Part shown: one piece after another, positions 24,858-42,347 of the stretch
How positions within the stretch are numbered: position 1 is the first letter of the stretch
How the letters are laid out: every line of letters starts with the position of its first letter
Position numbers and translations under genes: made by a program
From: Trichinella spiralis
Taxonomy: Eukaryota
Direction: 5' to 3'
Assembly: GCF_000181795.1 (NCBI RefSeq)
Contig: NW_003526946.1
Coordinates: 553,351-617,350, forward strand
Length of the DNA stretch: 64,000 nt
Notes under the pieces: model-generated
What the model saw: the letters and a program-made list of their open reading frames with translations, nothing else
Database searches by the model: none
Told to the model about the DNA's origin: nothing

Positions 24858-25352
24858 TCATTCAGCAGTCCATTGAACTGCAGTTATACCGCCAGATAGA
24901 AGATGACTGTAGCGAGGTTGGGAAAACTTTTCATACAATGCTGCAGCTCCAAGGCAGCTTGGAGTGAAAAGCCAAACGAAGAAAACGCATTTCAGCGGCC
25001 AATAGATTGGTATAATGAAAGATATGCATTCAGCAAAATAATCAGCAAATCGAAAGTAGCCAAAAATCACCCAATAAAACATCCACTGCATCCAGTTGAC
25101 GTTTTCACTTGATTGTATCTCTATTAATGTCTTCATTGCTGGATAACCAATGCATATGCAATTGCACAGTAATCCTGCACCAGGGCTAACAATCAAAAGC
25201 ACACAAATCACAATTGCTAGCATCACCGCAGCTTGGTAACGACTTTTGCCAGTTTTTTGTTCAATTTTAGCAAACAGTTTTCCAGCAAATCTGCTTTCAT
25301 CACCGATAACATTCCAAATATCATTGCGAATATTTTGAAAAATTTGGGCCAT
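24858..25352 (-). CDS. REEP5/DP1/YOP1 family protein, intronless copy 2
   Basis: 164-aa paralog of 14663-15157. The flanks are also homologous (~14250-15520 vs ~24430-25750). Confidence 0.88.
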   Translation of the reverse strand: MAQIFQNIRNDIWNVIGDESRFAGKLFAKIEQKTGKSRYQAAVMLAIVICVLLIVSPGAGLLCNCICIGYPAMKTLIEIQSSENVNWMQWMFYWVIFGYFRFADYFAECISFIIPIYWPLKCVFFVWLFTPSCLGAAALYEKFSQPRYSHLLSGGITAVQWTAE

Positions 25353-26693
25353 TTTTCAAGCAACCCAACAACCAACAAGCAGTCAGATTGAAGCAAGCAA
25401 AGGAAACTAATTGCTGTTTTGCATAGCTATTTGCATTATTTAAAACTTTAAACAAAGTATTTTAAGTTCGAAAAATAACTTTAAATTTAACTTAAACTTG
25501 GCTTATTTTAAAGATATTAAATGTCTACATCATTTATTTTAATGACATATAAATGTGATTTATAAAAATAGTAAAATTGCAGTTGTAAAAATTAATAATC
25601 ACTCGTTTAATCGTTTGAATTAGTTTTTTTCATTAAAAAAAATGCTTATTGATAGCGCCTGATGAGTATGTAATAAGTCAAGTTTTGTGATTGTGATTAT
25701 GAACAGCGAATGTGATTGATTTGGTACACGCTGATTGTTCTTTTTCACAAATACAATTAATCCTCGCTTAGCATTTTTTGCATTATATTCACATATGCAT
25801 TACGGTTTTATTATAAAATGTGCAATAAATTACTTCACTGATGCTAAATATACAAATTAGCATTGGACTTGTAGACCCAATTTTGATGTGAAGAAAATTT
25901 AGCATGTAAATAGTACTTTTCCAATTCTAGAAATAACAGTAGCTTCAAAGTGAATCACACAAAGATAAAAGATTGTAATCAGTCGATTAATTAATTAATG
26001 TAATGTAATTAATGCCAATCAGAAGACGTTGAAATGCTGTTGTTGAGAAGCCAGTATCCGTTTTTGGTTGTTCTGCCCACTTTTGTGTGCAAAAAATGGA
26101 ATGAAGAAAATTTTCAGTTTACAGAAAGCTGTCGTATTTCTTGTCAAGAAATGCACATTCAATAATATTTAATTTAAATGCAGTATTTCAACGCACGCTG
26201 TTACTATAAATTCAAATTTATTGACTGACAAGTTAAATATTTTCTCCTGGTTCGTGAATAAACAAATTTCTAATTTTAGTCGAATTTTGAGCGGAATAAA
26301 ATTTATTACTTTCACATTTATAATAAATGAATTGTTTGATTATTGAACACAGCGCATAAAGTTTCGAGCGTTGCCGATTTTCACAAAAACAATAATTTTA
26401 ACATTTCAACTTTCATCATTCAGCGTGAAATAAGTGACAAAGCACCACAAGCAAAAAAAAACAAACATATTTTAAAAATCTAGAATATTTCGTTCTTATT
26501 ATATGAAATTGCGTCATGAAAATAAAATAAATATAATGAATATGAATGATCAGAAGAAATTTGTATCATTCAATTCATTCGAATGCGCTAAGTCAAACTG
26601 AAATTAAAATTATCAAAAAACAAGTATTAATATAAAAGTATAAATAATTTAAATAATTATTCAAAAATAAATAAAGGAGAGAAAATATATTGT

Positions 26694-28771
26694 CTAATGT
26701 GCTCCCGGTTGACCATGATATATATGACGAGCAAGTGAAATGCCCATCTGAGCCGGTGACATGACAACCGTCACGCCGGCTTCTTTCAGTGCTTCAATCT
26801 TATGCGCTGCGGTTCCTTTGCCGCCGCTAATGATTGCACCAGCGTGTCCCATCCTTCGTCCAGGTGGGGCAGTCACACCGGCAATAAATGATACAACTGG
26901 CTTTGCATTAGCTCCCTGAAATTTCGAATGTTTCAAATTGAAAAATAATTATTAATTTTTTACGGTATTGTTGATTTTCAAAAATTCGGCTGCTCTTTCT
27001 TCAGCACTACCACCAATTTCACCGATCAGTATGATTCCTGTTGGCAGAAGCAAATACAAGCAATCAAACAGAAACCAATGCAAGTGGTAAAAATAAATTT
27101 CATTAATTTAATCTACATACATGACTTGTGAAAAAATAAGATCCATGAATAAATTATTTATACGTCATTACCTCGAGTTTCTGGATCTTGTAAGAAAAGA
27201 TCTAAGCAATCAACAAAATTTGTGCCATTGAATGGATCGCCACCGATTCCAACGCAAAGTGTCTGTCCAAGACCAACGTCCGTGGTCTGCTGTACAGCTT
27301 CGTACGTCAAAGTACCAGATCTTGATACAATTCCTTCAAAAATTGGCATTATACGTACTATTTCAAATTAATTTTTAATCATCATTGCAAGTATTATTAC
27401 CAACACAACCTGGCTGATGAATATGGCCTGGCATTATTCCAATTTTGCATTCATTAGGCTAAAAATGCAACGCTTCTTATATATATATATATATATATAA
27501 ATATACATTTAGAACAGCTTAAATTTATGCTCTGCTAAAAGAAAATGCATTATCAAATTTTCCTATTCACTTTCTTTTGAACAACGAATTTAAAACCATC
27601 AGAATAAATAAAATGATAAAACAGTCGCGCTTACTCTAATTAAGCCGGGACAATTCGGACCGACCAGTCGACAGTCGGATTGTTTCAGAAGTTTTTGCTT
27701 CACTTTCACCATATCCAGCTGCGGAATCCCTTCGGTTATGACGACAATCAAAGGAACTTTGGCATCAATCGCTTCGTGAATAGCATCCGCTGAAGCTTGA
27801 GCAGGTACGTACAAAATGGTCGCGTCGGCTCCTGTCTCTTTCACAGCCTACGGGTGGAAATTTGGTTGAAATTGAAATTCAAAAAAGCAAAACAAAATAC
27901 AACAATTTCAACATCCTCACCTCCTCAACCGAACCGAATACTGGCAAATTTAAATGCTTGGTACCAGCTTTGGTCGGCGAAACACCACCGACAATTTTGG
28001 TACCGTAATCCAACATTTGACGACAATGGAAAGTTGCCTGATAAAAAATTTGCAAATAATATATTAATATTTAATACAATCAAAAAAATAGCTACATTAT
28101 ATTCGAAACGTGTTCCAACTTCAATAAATAAGTGAAAAGTAAAAATTATGTAAAAAAATCAATTAACAAAATAAAACAACTGCGCTGCTGTTCATGCTCA
28201 GACATTTTGCTTCATAAAGCAAAAAAAAAACGCTGAGCATTTCAAAAATTAAATTCAAAATAATTCAGCGTAAAATTCAAAAACAGCTGCCATATTGAAT
28301 TACTACTTACTCTCAGCTGAAGAATACTTTCAGCATTTTCAATCTGTCATATTGAAACTTTAATATTTTTAAATTAATTTCATATCCACTCCCCTCACTT
28401 TGCACATTTATGAATCGATGCATTTTTGTGTATTTTTTGTCCATGAAATGAATGGTAACAGCAAGTACAATTGAAAACGTCACATTAAAAAGTTTCCCAG
28501 ACATTATAAAATTGATTGAGTTTTAAAATTTTCAAAATAAAAAAAAAGTTCTTAGCAATAAAATTATATTCTTACTTGCTTTCCGGTGAAACCTTGACAA
28601 ATAACTTTCGTTTCATGACCAATTTTCAAAAATTTTCTCGTTTCACTGTACAAAAATCGATGAAAGTCTAAACAGCGTCATGGAAATAAACAAACTTTGA
28701 CAGATTATGCTACCTTTGCTTCGATGTTGGTTTCCATTCAAAAATCTACGAAAAAGGAGTCGAGACGCCAT
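26694..28771 (-). CDS. SUCLG1: Succinyl-CoA ligase alpha subunit, mitochondrial
   Basis: Presequence-like [10 protein letters not shown]; motifs [34 protein letters not shown] and RMGHAGAII (catalytic His). Confidence 0.95.
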
Positions 28772-29817
28772 AATAATCTGAAATGAGAAGAACACTGAAA
28801 AAGCACATTCAAAGCATCTGAATGTTACTTCTCCGCTAATAAAACTAAGCACTAAAAGCAGAATATGACAAAAATTATCCAATCATGAAATAATACTGAC
28901 AAAACAAATATTTATATTAATCTATCTTTAGTTCTTCTTTTCAAAAAAATCAAACATTGCAAAATACGCAGAGTTGCATTTGTTCTCAAATATGACTAGC
29001 TTATGATTTAAAAAAAATTATCATCATTACAAACCATTCTAACGGAGTGAAGACAAAAAATGTACCTACAGTATTAGAAACTAATAAAGTCGAACAACAT
29101 GCATGCAGCAAGCTTCCTCTTCTCAATAAGGATACTGTATTCAACAAAGAAATAAAGAAATGCATGTAGCAATACTAAAAAGACCTTCACCATTGTCAAA
29201 CACTGTCGAAAGTAAAATATTGTAAAATTAAAAAATAAATGTAGAAATTTAATTATAAAACAGAATAAGGTAAATTTTAAAATTTAAGAATTCAGAGATC
29301 TTACCTATTATTTTTCAAAAAACATCGTTGCTGATTTCTTGAAATAATTGCCTCGATGCAGATTGCTAAGATTAATCTGTTTATTAACTAAACGACTTGA
29401 ATTTTGATGATTTCAAAGCAAAGTATATTATTAATAAGTTATTTGAATTTAATTTAAAATTTAATTATTTAATAATTTTGAATGATTAATAAATTGTATT
29501 TATTATAAAAAGTGTAATGGAAATTTACTTTTTCAGATATACTGATAACAAATTTTATATTTGAAACAGGCAAATAGTTTCAAATTATTTATTGCAGCAC
29601 TGAATAAGTAATCCAAAATACAGAACTAATATAGTGATAGTGAGTAAATGGCATTTTACTAAAAATTGCGAAGATTTGTTCCGTTAATTAGAAAAGAAAA
29701 TAAGTTCATAATCATAGATTGTAATACAAACAGAAGCATTTTAGGCAGAATGCAATTTTTGGAATATACCGTGGTATTACTTCAAAACAAAAAGAATATA
29801 TAAATATGGACAGAAAT

Positions 29818-30699
29818 TTAAAATGTGCCAGTTTTCCATTCATCCATCGCCGTATCGTATGCCTGAAAAGAATACACTTTTGCATATTCAAATAAACAAA
29901 ATAAAATAAAAAGTAAAAAATATATGGTTTGTGTGTATTATTTTGAAAAATAAAATAACGCATACTTGTTGAACAAAACAATCAGAATGCCATTCACAAT
30001 TTAGCGCTGTGATGTAGTGACCAGTGATTGGGCGCTTGCATCCGTGGCATGTGGGTGTAAAATTTGTAAAATAATCTTTGTGGCAAAATGCACGACCGTC
30101 TTTTTCGTGAAAAATTTCTTCTCCAATTGGTCGACCACATTTAGCACAGTAGAAATGTTCCGGATGCCAAGTTTGATCCAAAGCGGTAATGCATTTCTGA
30201 AATTGCAGAACACACTGTGCGTGGGATTGAAAAAAAAGAATCAATCTTGAAATACTTCTTTTATTGGAGTATTACAGTAAGCACAGCGGGGTGAGAACAA
30301 TCTGTGATAATCGTGTTCGCAATAAATGCTGCCGGATCTTTCGTAAAAATTACGATGAGCTAGCCGTTCGCCGCAATGGGCGCAGACGAAGTGTTCTTCG
30401 TGCCACATTTTACCCAAAGCAATTGCAACCTGAACATCACAAAGAAGAAAAATTAATTTGCATATGTAATTGTATATTGCAACTTTGAACGCTAAACTTA
30501 CTTGACCGACGATCGATTTTTTGCATGCTTCGCATTCTTCATTGGAGACGTTATTAATTCCATATCTGGCCAAGTCGTTTTGTATTGAGTCTGAATTTGA
30601 ATTTGTCATCGAATCGTTGAAATCAATTCGGACGTGTTTTGCCCCTTTAAAGCTGCCAAACACTGGTGAATTGGTTCCTTCAACACTATGCTGAGACAT
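29818..30699 (-). CDS. Paxillin/leupaxin-like LIM protein, apparently truncated (two full LIM domains plus a half); upstream exons possible
   Basis: [11 protein letters not shown] precedes [33 protein letters not shown]2 reads CAYCNTPI...[14 protein letters not shown]3 starts CHGCKRPI...WHSDCF, then the exon 29862-29818 reads [14 protein letters not shown]. Confidence 0.8.
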
Positions 30700-31186
30700 A
30701 TCTGTTCAGCTAATAAAAGAAAAGTTGTAATACTTATAAAATAAAAACAACTGTTGAATGATTGTTAAATTTTGATTAAAACTGATGAAAAAATTGTAGT
30801 TGAGATTGATTAAATATGTTTGCATTTACAAAACTCCATTTGTTTTTGTATATGTATAAAAATTTGCAATAAACAAAAATGTCATCAGAAATTATGTTTA
30901 AAATTTTAATTCTTGCCATTGTAAAAAAGCTTCAAATAGGAAAATTTTTATAGCAATTGATCATAATGGTTTTTATTATAATGCACAAATGCATAAACTT
31001 TGAACAACTGAAATGTTTTAAAATAAACAAAAAAAGAAACAAAATATTAAATTTTTTTTTAAAAGCAATTTATTAAGATTATGAAAAGGAAATATTAATC
31101 AATGATGAAGATGATTAAAATATTATAAATTTGAATAATCATGCAACAAATATGGTTGTGTTGTTTATTGGTGGTTGATTCATCAA

Positions 31187-31218
<32 letters not shown>

Positions 31219-32752
31219 ATGTCTGCTACGTCATAACAATTACAACACAACACAAAGCTTTTTTGTTTCCAGAGAAAATGAGAAACAAACTTTGACGTAC
31301 TTTATAATATATTCTTGAAGTGTTCGTGAGAGTCAGTTATTTGTTCAAAAAATTGTGTACGACAGAATGTGGAGATAAAAATGCATCCCAAGAAAATGCA
31401 AATAGTGCAGTTGTTGTTTGGTGATGAACAAAAGGGAAAATAAGAGTTGAATATCTCTTTTTAAGAAGCTTCAAAGATGAATATTAATTTTTACAAAAAA
31501 ATATGAAATTATCAAAATAATGTTGTTTTCACAACAAAGCGAACCAGCAGAACAAATGCTTCCTTCGACAACGGCTTAATAATCATCGATTTCCATAATC
31601 TATATCAACAGAGGCACAACAATTTTGCATGCTAACAACCGCCGCTGCTTGTTGCTGGCTGCTGCAAGTTGTTTTTCTTTTCTTCGCTTGTTCCAAAAGT
31701 GAAAGTCGATTGGTGCGTGAAGCTTTTCCCAAGCTGCAACTACTACTAACAATGCATGCTTTCACATGCGTTGTGATTGCATTGTTGTTGTTGTTGTTGT
31801 TGCTGCTGATTGTTGGTTGCATCATGCTACTAGCTGCTACATTCTTATCAACTTGCCTACTTGCATATTTATTTGCTTGCTTGCTTCAAATTTACTTCTC
31901 TTTCTATGATAATTATTTCAGGAAATTTTATTACAATTTTAATAAATTTAATACATTCTGAAAAATTGAACATTTTCCATCTACTTTAATCTTACATATA
32001 TCATCTAATAAAAGATAAGATAATAACAATTGTGAAACTATTTATTTATTTTCTCATAAACATTATACAAATTACATTTAATAATAATAATATTATTAAA
32101 AAAAAGAATAATAATTTTCCATCATAACAACCTGAAAATTTTAAAACTTTTTCGTATTTTTCTCAATTGAATTTCCCTAAAGTACGTCCAGTGAAAATTT
32201 CATCTTCAAAATTGACTTCAAAATCAATGTTTAATTTCCAAAATTGATGATACTGATCGATGATCAAAAGTGAAAAAGTAATTTATTATAACCAAATATG
32301 CCCAGAAATAGAAAATAATAAATTAACAAAATGGACTTTTCCAAACAATTTACTCGTTTTGACATTTTAATTTAAAGAAAAAATTTTTTAATTAAAATCA
32401 AGTTAATTTATTCATGTTAAACAATAAGAAATAAGTTGTCACGCTGAAAACTTTTCCAGCAAATATTGGCACACAAAAATAGCATATAAAAAATTTCAAT
32501 AAAGTTATATTGCCTCAGTATCATCAGTTGAAAATAAATTTAGAAAAAAAAACATATATATATATGTGGATATTAAAAGCAGAAAATAAAAGTATGAAAC
32601 TAATAATTAATTCCAAGTTATGCAATTGGAAAAATCTATTCAACACTCGAAATTTAAAAAAAAATAACTACACACAGAAACGAGCAGAAAGGGGGAGAGA
32701 GAAAAAGACGACTGAGCTAAAATTGTCGTTGTTTACTTTATTTATTAATAAT

Positions 32753-35971
<3,219 letters not shown>

Positions 35972-38900
35972 TGCAACTGACTTGAAAATACCGTAAACAA
36001 AGACTACTAAAAAGTGCAAACTTAAAAAGATGCAAATCCATTACAACAAGGAAACATTAAAATTACAACTAAAAACAATGACATACACATATACAAACAT
36101 ACATGTATTTTTTTTCTTTCCAAAAAATGCCTTATATTAGTTTTCATATAAAAAATTATCTATTACACAAACCAGCGTCATATTTTATTTTGAAAAATAT
36201 CAAATAATAAAGAATGAATTTGAAGCACTCTTTAATTTTCACATTGATCTACCATGATTAAGTATCATTATATGCTGCGCCTTTTTCGTTTTTTTGTTTA
36301 CTGAAATTTTTTAGACGCAAATATAAGATTAAAATATTCATAATATTTAAATAATATAATAATAATAATAACAACAGCAGAAAATAATAACTTCATTTTA
36401 AATTATAATCTTTACGAAATATTATGATCTTCAATTGTCAAATAAGCAATGCACACGAACAAATAGCAATTAACAATTAAAGCAATAAAAAAGAAAATAA
36501 CAAAATGCAATTTCTGTCCAAGAAAATATCGAAATATTCTCCGCGTTTGTTTCGACTAAAATTACTGAAAATTATCTGCTAAAAATATGAAATTATCAGG
36601 TTTATTTTGTCTGAAAATTTCAGACAATGGAAAAAACATTTTAAAAAATATAAACTTCAGAGCAATTGAAAACTTTCTCATATGTTCACTACTCTTTCGC
36701 ATGCTTGCATTTTTTTAATCATAAATACAAAACTGGATTATTCAACATTATAAGCAATGAAAAATGCTTCACAATTTAGTAAACATTTTTCTTAAACAAA
36801 TAAAAACAATTCTGATCGACAGTGAAAAAAATCAATCAAACATATTTAAAAGAATTCATGCATTACACAACGACAAAATATAAATACATCACATTAAAAA
36901 AAATTTTTTTTTCATTTAAAAATCATGAAAATTTGAATACTATTTCCAATTTTATAAAATTCATCATACCTTTGTAATTAATAATAAACAATTTAATCAG
37001 CTGAAAAAGAAACTGCCACGCAAATTTTGTTAACAAAACCTACTATTCATCTAACTCATTAGAGAGAAATTTTAACCTGCATTACTAATTTACATTTTTA
37101 ATGATCAAATTTTTATTTTTCATTTTATAAAACAAAAAAATTTTTAATTTCAAACTTCATTTCATTTTTTAAATGCACATATTTTTCTTAAAACTCCTAC
37201 AAAAGCACAAACAACAATGACAATAAGAAAAAGTAATTAATATGGGCTTAAATAATCAAATCTTTCAGAATTCAATAATCAGACAGCCGAGCAATTTTTC
37301 AGACATGCTCAGGTTTGATTGATGCCTCATCTGGCTTATTTTGTGACAAACAGATAAATAAGAAATTCGAATAAGCAGAAAGCAGCATTAACTTCGTCAA
37401 CAACATTACCTTTGAAAATCTTCATTTCAAATTATTATTCAACAAACATGAAAAAACTTTCATTTAAAAAATACACCAACTCTGTAATCAAACTCATCTG
37501 AAATAATAATCACTTCACACGTATACGTTTTACGAAAACACTGATCTATTCAATTTCATTCGAAAAATAAAATAATTAAAATAAAACAAGCCTTTTTATC
37601 ACTGTCAAAAATATTATTGGATAAAATAACGATAATGAATAACATGTTGTAATAGCAAAGAATTGCAATTCAACTGAAAGCAATTGTTTAACCGGACTAT
37701 TTGAATAAATAAATCAGAAAATTATTATAAGCAATTCTGTTAACACATATACAATTAACAATGGGGAAATATTAACTACACCAAATTTTTATTTAAAAAA
37801 TACAAAAAGATAAAAAAAATTAGGTGAAAACAATCAACAGCAACTTAACAAGCGCTGCTTGATAATAAATAGCAAAGAAAACTGCCATGTTTTTTAATCA
37901 AACACAAATGTTTTCAATAATATATTGCAGATTTATCACTTTTATGGATACGTAAAATAAGCAAATCAGCTAACAAAAAATGGTATAACTTTCTTTTCAA
38001 TGTCATATCAGCTTTTAATTCTCACACTTTCCTGTATATTTTGACACGTGATTGGAAAAAAAATTAAATTTAATAAATTTACGAAAGTGAAAAGCAAAAC
38101 AGAATCTAACATCCATGCAAATAAACACACTGCAAACAACACTGCTATTGAAATAAATGAAAAAAGCAAAAGTCATTTGTAAATTAAAAGCTGTGCTTAA
38201 AATACGGTACAAAATTATAAATATACAGAAGTAGTTACCAATACAATTTACAGAAATTTCAGAGGCGCGGTGAAATCAGTAGAACTGCAAACAAATTGCT
38301 TAATATTTTTTAGTTAAAAAAATTAACATTAAATTCTCAATAAATCACAACTGCAAAAACAAAAAAATCGTTGAACGCATTAGATGATTCATAAATACAG
38401 CTGCAAAACTGATGCAATGAAAAACAAAAATAATGATTTTCAAGCATTAATATAAATAAATACTGTATTTCAACCATATATATAAAATAAAAAATTTGTT
38501 TTATTCCATGCATAATAAGATTTAATTGTCAATAAATGAATTTTATATGCCATAATCTATACTCCAAAGTGGGCAGCACTCTTACTCTGGTATTTGTTTT
38601 AATGCTGCTAGGTGAACAAAATTAGTTTGCATTGTAACAATTTTATTTACAAGCATTTTGCTAAGAAAATTCTCATGTTTGAAATGGAAAAAATATAAAA
38701 TTTATAATAAAGTATTTACAGGCAATATTTCTGATGGCACGTGCATTTGATTTTTAGCTTATTAATATTACCGTTTTGAATGAGTTGTTTTTTATGCAAA
38801 GAGATGCTTTCCATAATGCACTTATTCAGATTTCATAGTATTTTTATTCTAATTACTAAAATTTAAATTTAAAACATAAAATTAGTTTTTGCGTAACAAA

Positions 38901-40144
38901 ATGCGTAAAAAATGTAGTTTGCATCTTCTCGAAGTTAATTCACAAAGAAACTTTTTTTTTCTAAGAAAATGTTACATTAACCATTTCAAAATGATAAAAA
39001 TTTATAAAAATGTTGCTTCAATAACAACGTTCTAATAACGTGCTAATGAAAACATATTTTAATACAAATCTGAAGTGATTTTTTATTTCATTTCTATGTT
39101 TAACAACAACAAGAAGTGATGAAACTATTTTAACAGAAAGAATTATCAGTCAAAAATGAATAGCTTTAATTATAGCAGTCAGAAAAGCTGTTTTCTGAAA
39201 CAAAAATTTAAAGACGAAATAATTTGCATTAGCCAAGTAAAAGAATAATCCGACATTTTTATGGTTCTTTACTTCGAAAAAAAGATATGAAACCAATGTG
39301 CATTTTACAGATTAAAATAATTATTCACAACTGAACAGAAACAAGAATGGCATTATTGATGTGTGAATAAAAACGATGAAAAATGTAATGTCAGAGAAAA
39401 TTTAAAATGAAAAAACATAAAAAGTTATTCAGTTAATAAAACAACAGATATAAAACTTATAAAACTATCTCAATGTGAAAAAAACATGTAGAATAGATGC
39501 AAATTATGCCATTATTATTTGAAGTGAAATTTGTAGTTAGATAAAATGACAAGCAAACTGCAATTGTTCCAGATAATAAAAACTGGAAATTTATTTAAAA
39601 TGAAAATTAAATGATCCATTTTCGTACTTTTTATTTTTCAATGATTTAAAATTTTCCAATTTTGCAGGTTTCAATTGTTGAGATTTTTATGAATCAGTTT
39701 CTGATCAATTGTTATATTTGTATTTTGTTACAAATGCAATAATTTTAAAAGTAAATTATTGGTAATAGGTCATTTCTATTTCACATTTGCTAAAAACGAA
39801 AAATGCAATGATGGCATTTTATTTCAACAACAATTTCCAAATTTGATTGAAACCAACAGAACAAATTTGCTGTTTCAAATTTAAATCTCTCACGGGCAAT
39901 TTTTAACACCAGTAATTAATTATCAATTAACTCAAAATTCCCGTCATTGCCTTTTTCTTCCCGCCCCCCCCCTCCTCCATCTAGGCGCCGTATCTATATT
40001 ATTACAAATTCACCAAACTAATAGCAAATAACAATTCGAGTAATAATTAAGATAATCGATCATTCGAAATTATACCCAATTTTTCAATTGGTAGAAGGAT
40101 AAAAATAGAAATAATAAGAATCAAGGAATCATTGATAAGGATTT

Positions 40145-42347
40145 TCAAATTTCACCGACGATAAATTGATGCATTACATCCGGTGTGGCAGGATCGAAAC
40201 CGACCACATCCAGCATGCCGTTGTCGTTCGGGTCGGCAATGGTGAAACCAGCAGAGACCATGCCCACAACAATCAGTTTAGCGTCAGTGATACCTGTACG
40301 TTCACGGTAGAAATGCAACGCGGTCGCCGGCTTCACCCGTCCAGCCCAAGTCTCACAGTCGGTGTAAACAATAAACGCATCGTAAAGTCTTTGATTTTTC
40401 AATGCCCAAAGCATCGGCATAGCACAGTCAGTGGCACCGAAATCCAAATCTTCAATTTCTTCCAAAAATTTATCCAGTGTAATATTTTTGGGCATCTTCA
40501 GTTCAGTCGGCACACTGGTGAAAGCCATCAAATCTGCCGTCTGTTCCGTGCGGAAATGAATCATGCACATCGCTGCCGACGCCTCTCTCACGGTAAGACT
40601 GGTATTCCTGATCGATGCGCACATCGATCCGCTCACATCCAAGCCAATCAACAGCCGCTTCCCAGTTGGAAGCACATTGCCGAAAGAGTGGTAGAATGCT
40701 CGCTCCAAGGCGGCGACCACGGTCGGTTCTGGATCCCATCTCAATCTGCTGTGCGACGTTCTACCTTCTTTATAATTAACATACGCCAGCAACAGAGCCA
40801 TCGGGTGCACTCTGGCGGCTCGAAGTGCTTCGGTGTCATTCAAACGTTCCACAACCAAATTCGTAGCTTCACTTCCGGGTATCAGAAGACCAGCGACGGT
40901 CATTCGATTCAAAGTGCGAACCGTTGCCGTCAACGGCATCTCTTTCAGCAGGGCTTGCCAAATGTGTTTGCTTGACAACAAACGTTGCGGCACTTGTTCG
41001 CGGACGAATTTAAACTTCTCAATTAGCTGCGCACAAATCAATTCGTCCTGACTGCTTTTCAGCCTTTCCAAATAATAAAGGTATTTCAACAGTTCACCAG
41101 AATTATTCACTATATCTTCAATCTCTTCAGCACTTTTCTCCTCAAAATTCACCACACGTCTTTGCAAAACGCTATTCAAACCACTTTTAATGTACAAAAA
41201 TATATCATCAATTTCCTTCTGGTTGCTGTCTGGTTTCGGGTGTGCCAACCTTATAACGTCCAAATGGGTCCAGCCATGCCGATTTTTGTACTTTGTCACC
41301 AAATAAACTAAATCGAGAGGATTCTTTCTCAAATACCAATTTGCTATCGCTCTTCGATGCGATCTTCCCCAGCCTACAGAATGAAAAAAAGGAAAATTTG
41401 ATAAACACAATTAAAAATAAAATTATTAAATCGATGAATCGGTGAAATTATTTACATGTGCTTTCTGAATTGGCTTTACAAAAACCAATAAATTCAAACA
41501 AATGCGTTGGTATCCGACATACGGATGGCAAAGCATTGTACGCGGCTTGTCGAAGTTGATTTCCATTTTCACGATCCATAATTTCAGCTGAATGACGAGC
41601 ACACAACGCCAAACAGAATAATGTTGCGGTCTGCTTCGGCGCTCGACCAGCTAAACTCACTTCAACCAACTGTTCTAATACTTCCATCCCGCGATCTGAA
41701 AATTACAAAAATTAATGAAAAAAAAAAGAATAAATTATTAAAGACAACTACTCACTGTTTTCAATCATATATAAAACGTTAATCGCATTTTCTTTTGTCA
41801 ACTGCTTTTCACTGACATAAAAAGTACCGCCTTCAGTACCGAGAATCAAAAAACGCTTCAAACGCATAATCCTGCTCACTTCAAACCCACTTCCACCTGC
41901 ATCATTTACTGCCTAGAAAAAAAGTTCTGAATCAAAACAAATAAACTGTACTTTAAAATATTGAACACTAAGTTCTGTATGTCATTTAGAAACTGGATTT
42001 TTTGAACTATTACGAGCAATGACAGGCAATGCAATGCAAGGGCACTTCAATAGCGTAAACAACACAAAACTTACTTCATTGTCGTATTTATCTGCCATGG
42101 CAAAGCGAATCAAGTCTTCAGAAATGTATTCATTATACTAAAATGCAAATCTAATGAGAATACACGCATCCATAAAAACTTTATGACACTATACAATTGC
42201 AAATAAAATAAATACTCTTTAAAATAAAAATCACAAGTATATCTAGATGCTAAATGATGCACTTTTAAACTCAAAACGTACTTCTGAATTTAAATCATCA
42301 CAAAACTCATCTTCCATATCAGACTGACCGTTCTCCTGTGATTCCAT
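40145..42347 (-). CDS. RO60: 60 kDa SS-A/Ro ribonucleoprotein (TROVE + vWA/MIDAS)
   Basis: RFLILGTEGGTFY, CRIPTHLFEF, GWGRSHRRAIANWY, KYKNRHGWTH, RVHPM, DVSGSM, TDCAMPM, YTDCETW and FTIADPNDNGMLDVVGFD; five exons. Confidence 0.95.

Noticed and set aside
31583..31961. Overlapping ORFs on both strands upstream of the LIM gene
   Set aside because: They are low-complexity (TTG/CTG)n-derived frames with no recognisable domain or convincing splice path.
38570..38625. miR-8/miR-200-like hairpin (GGGCAGCA...TAATGCTGCTAGGTGAA)
   Set aside because: Only a 6-7 bp stem forms and the seed differs from AATACT.
40166..40975. 269-aa plus-strand ORF
   Set aside because: It is the antisense shadow of the GC-richer Ro60 exon. 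The same applies to most short ORFs overlapping called genes.
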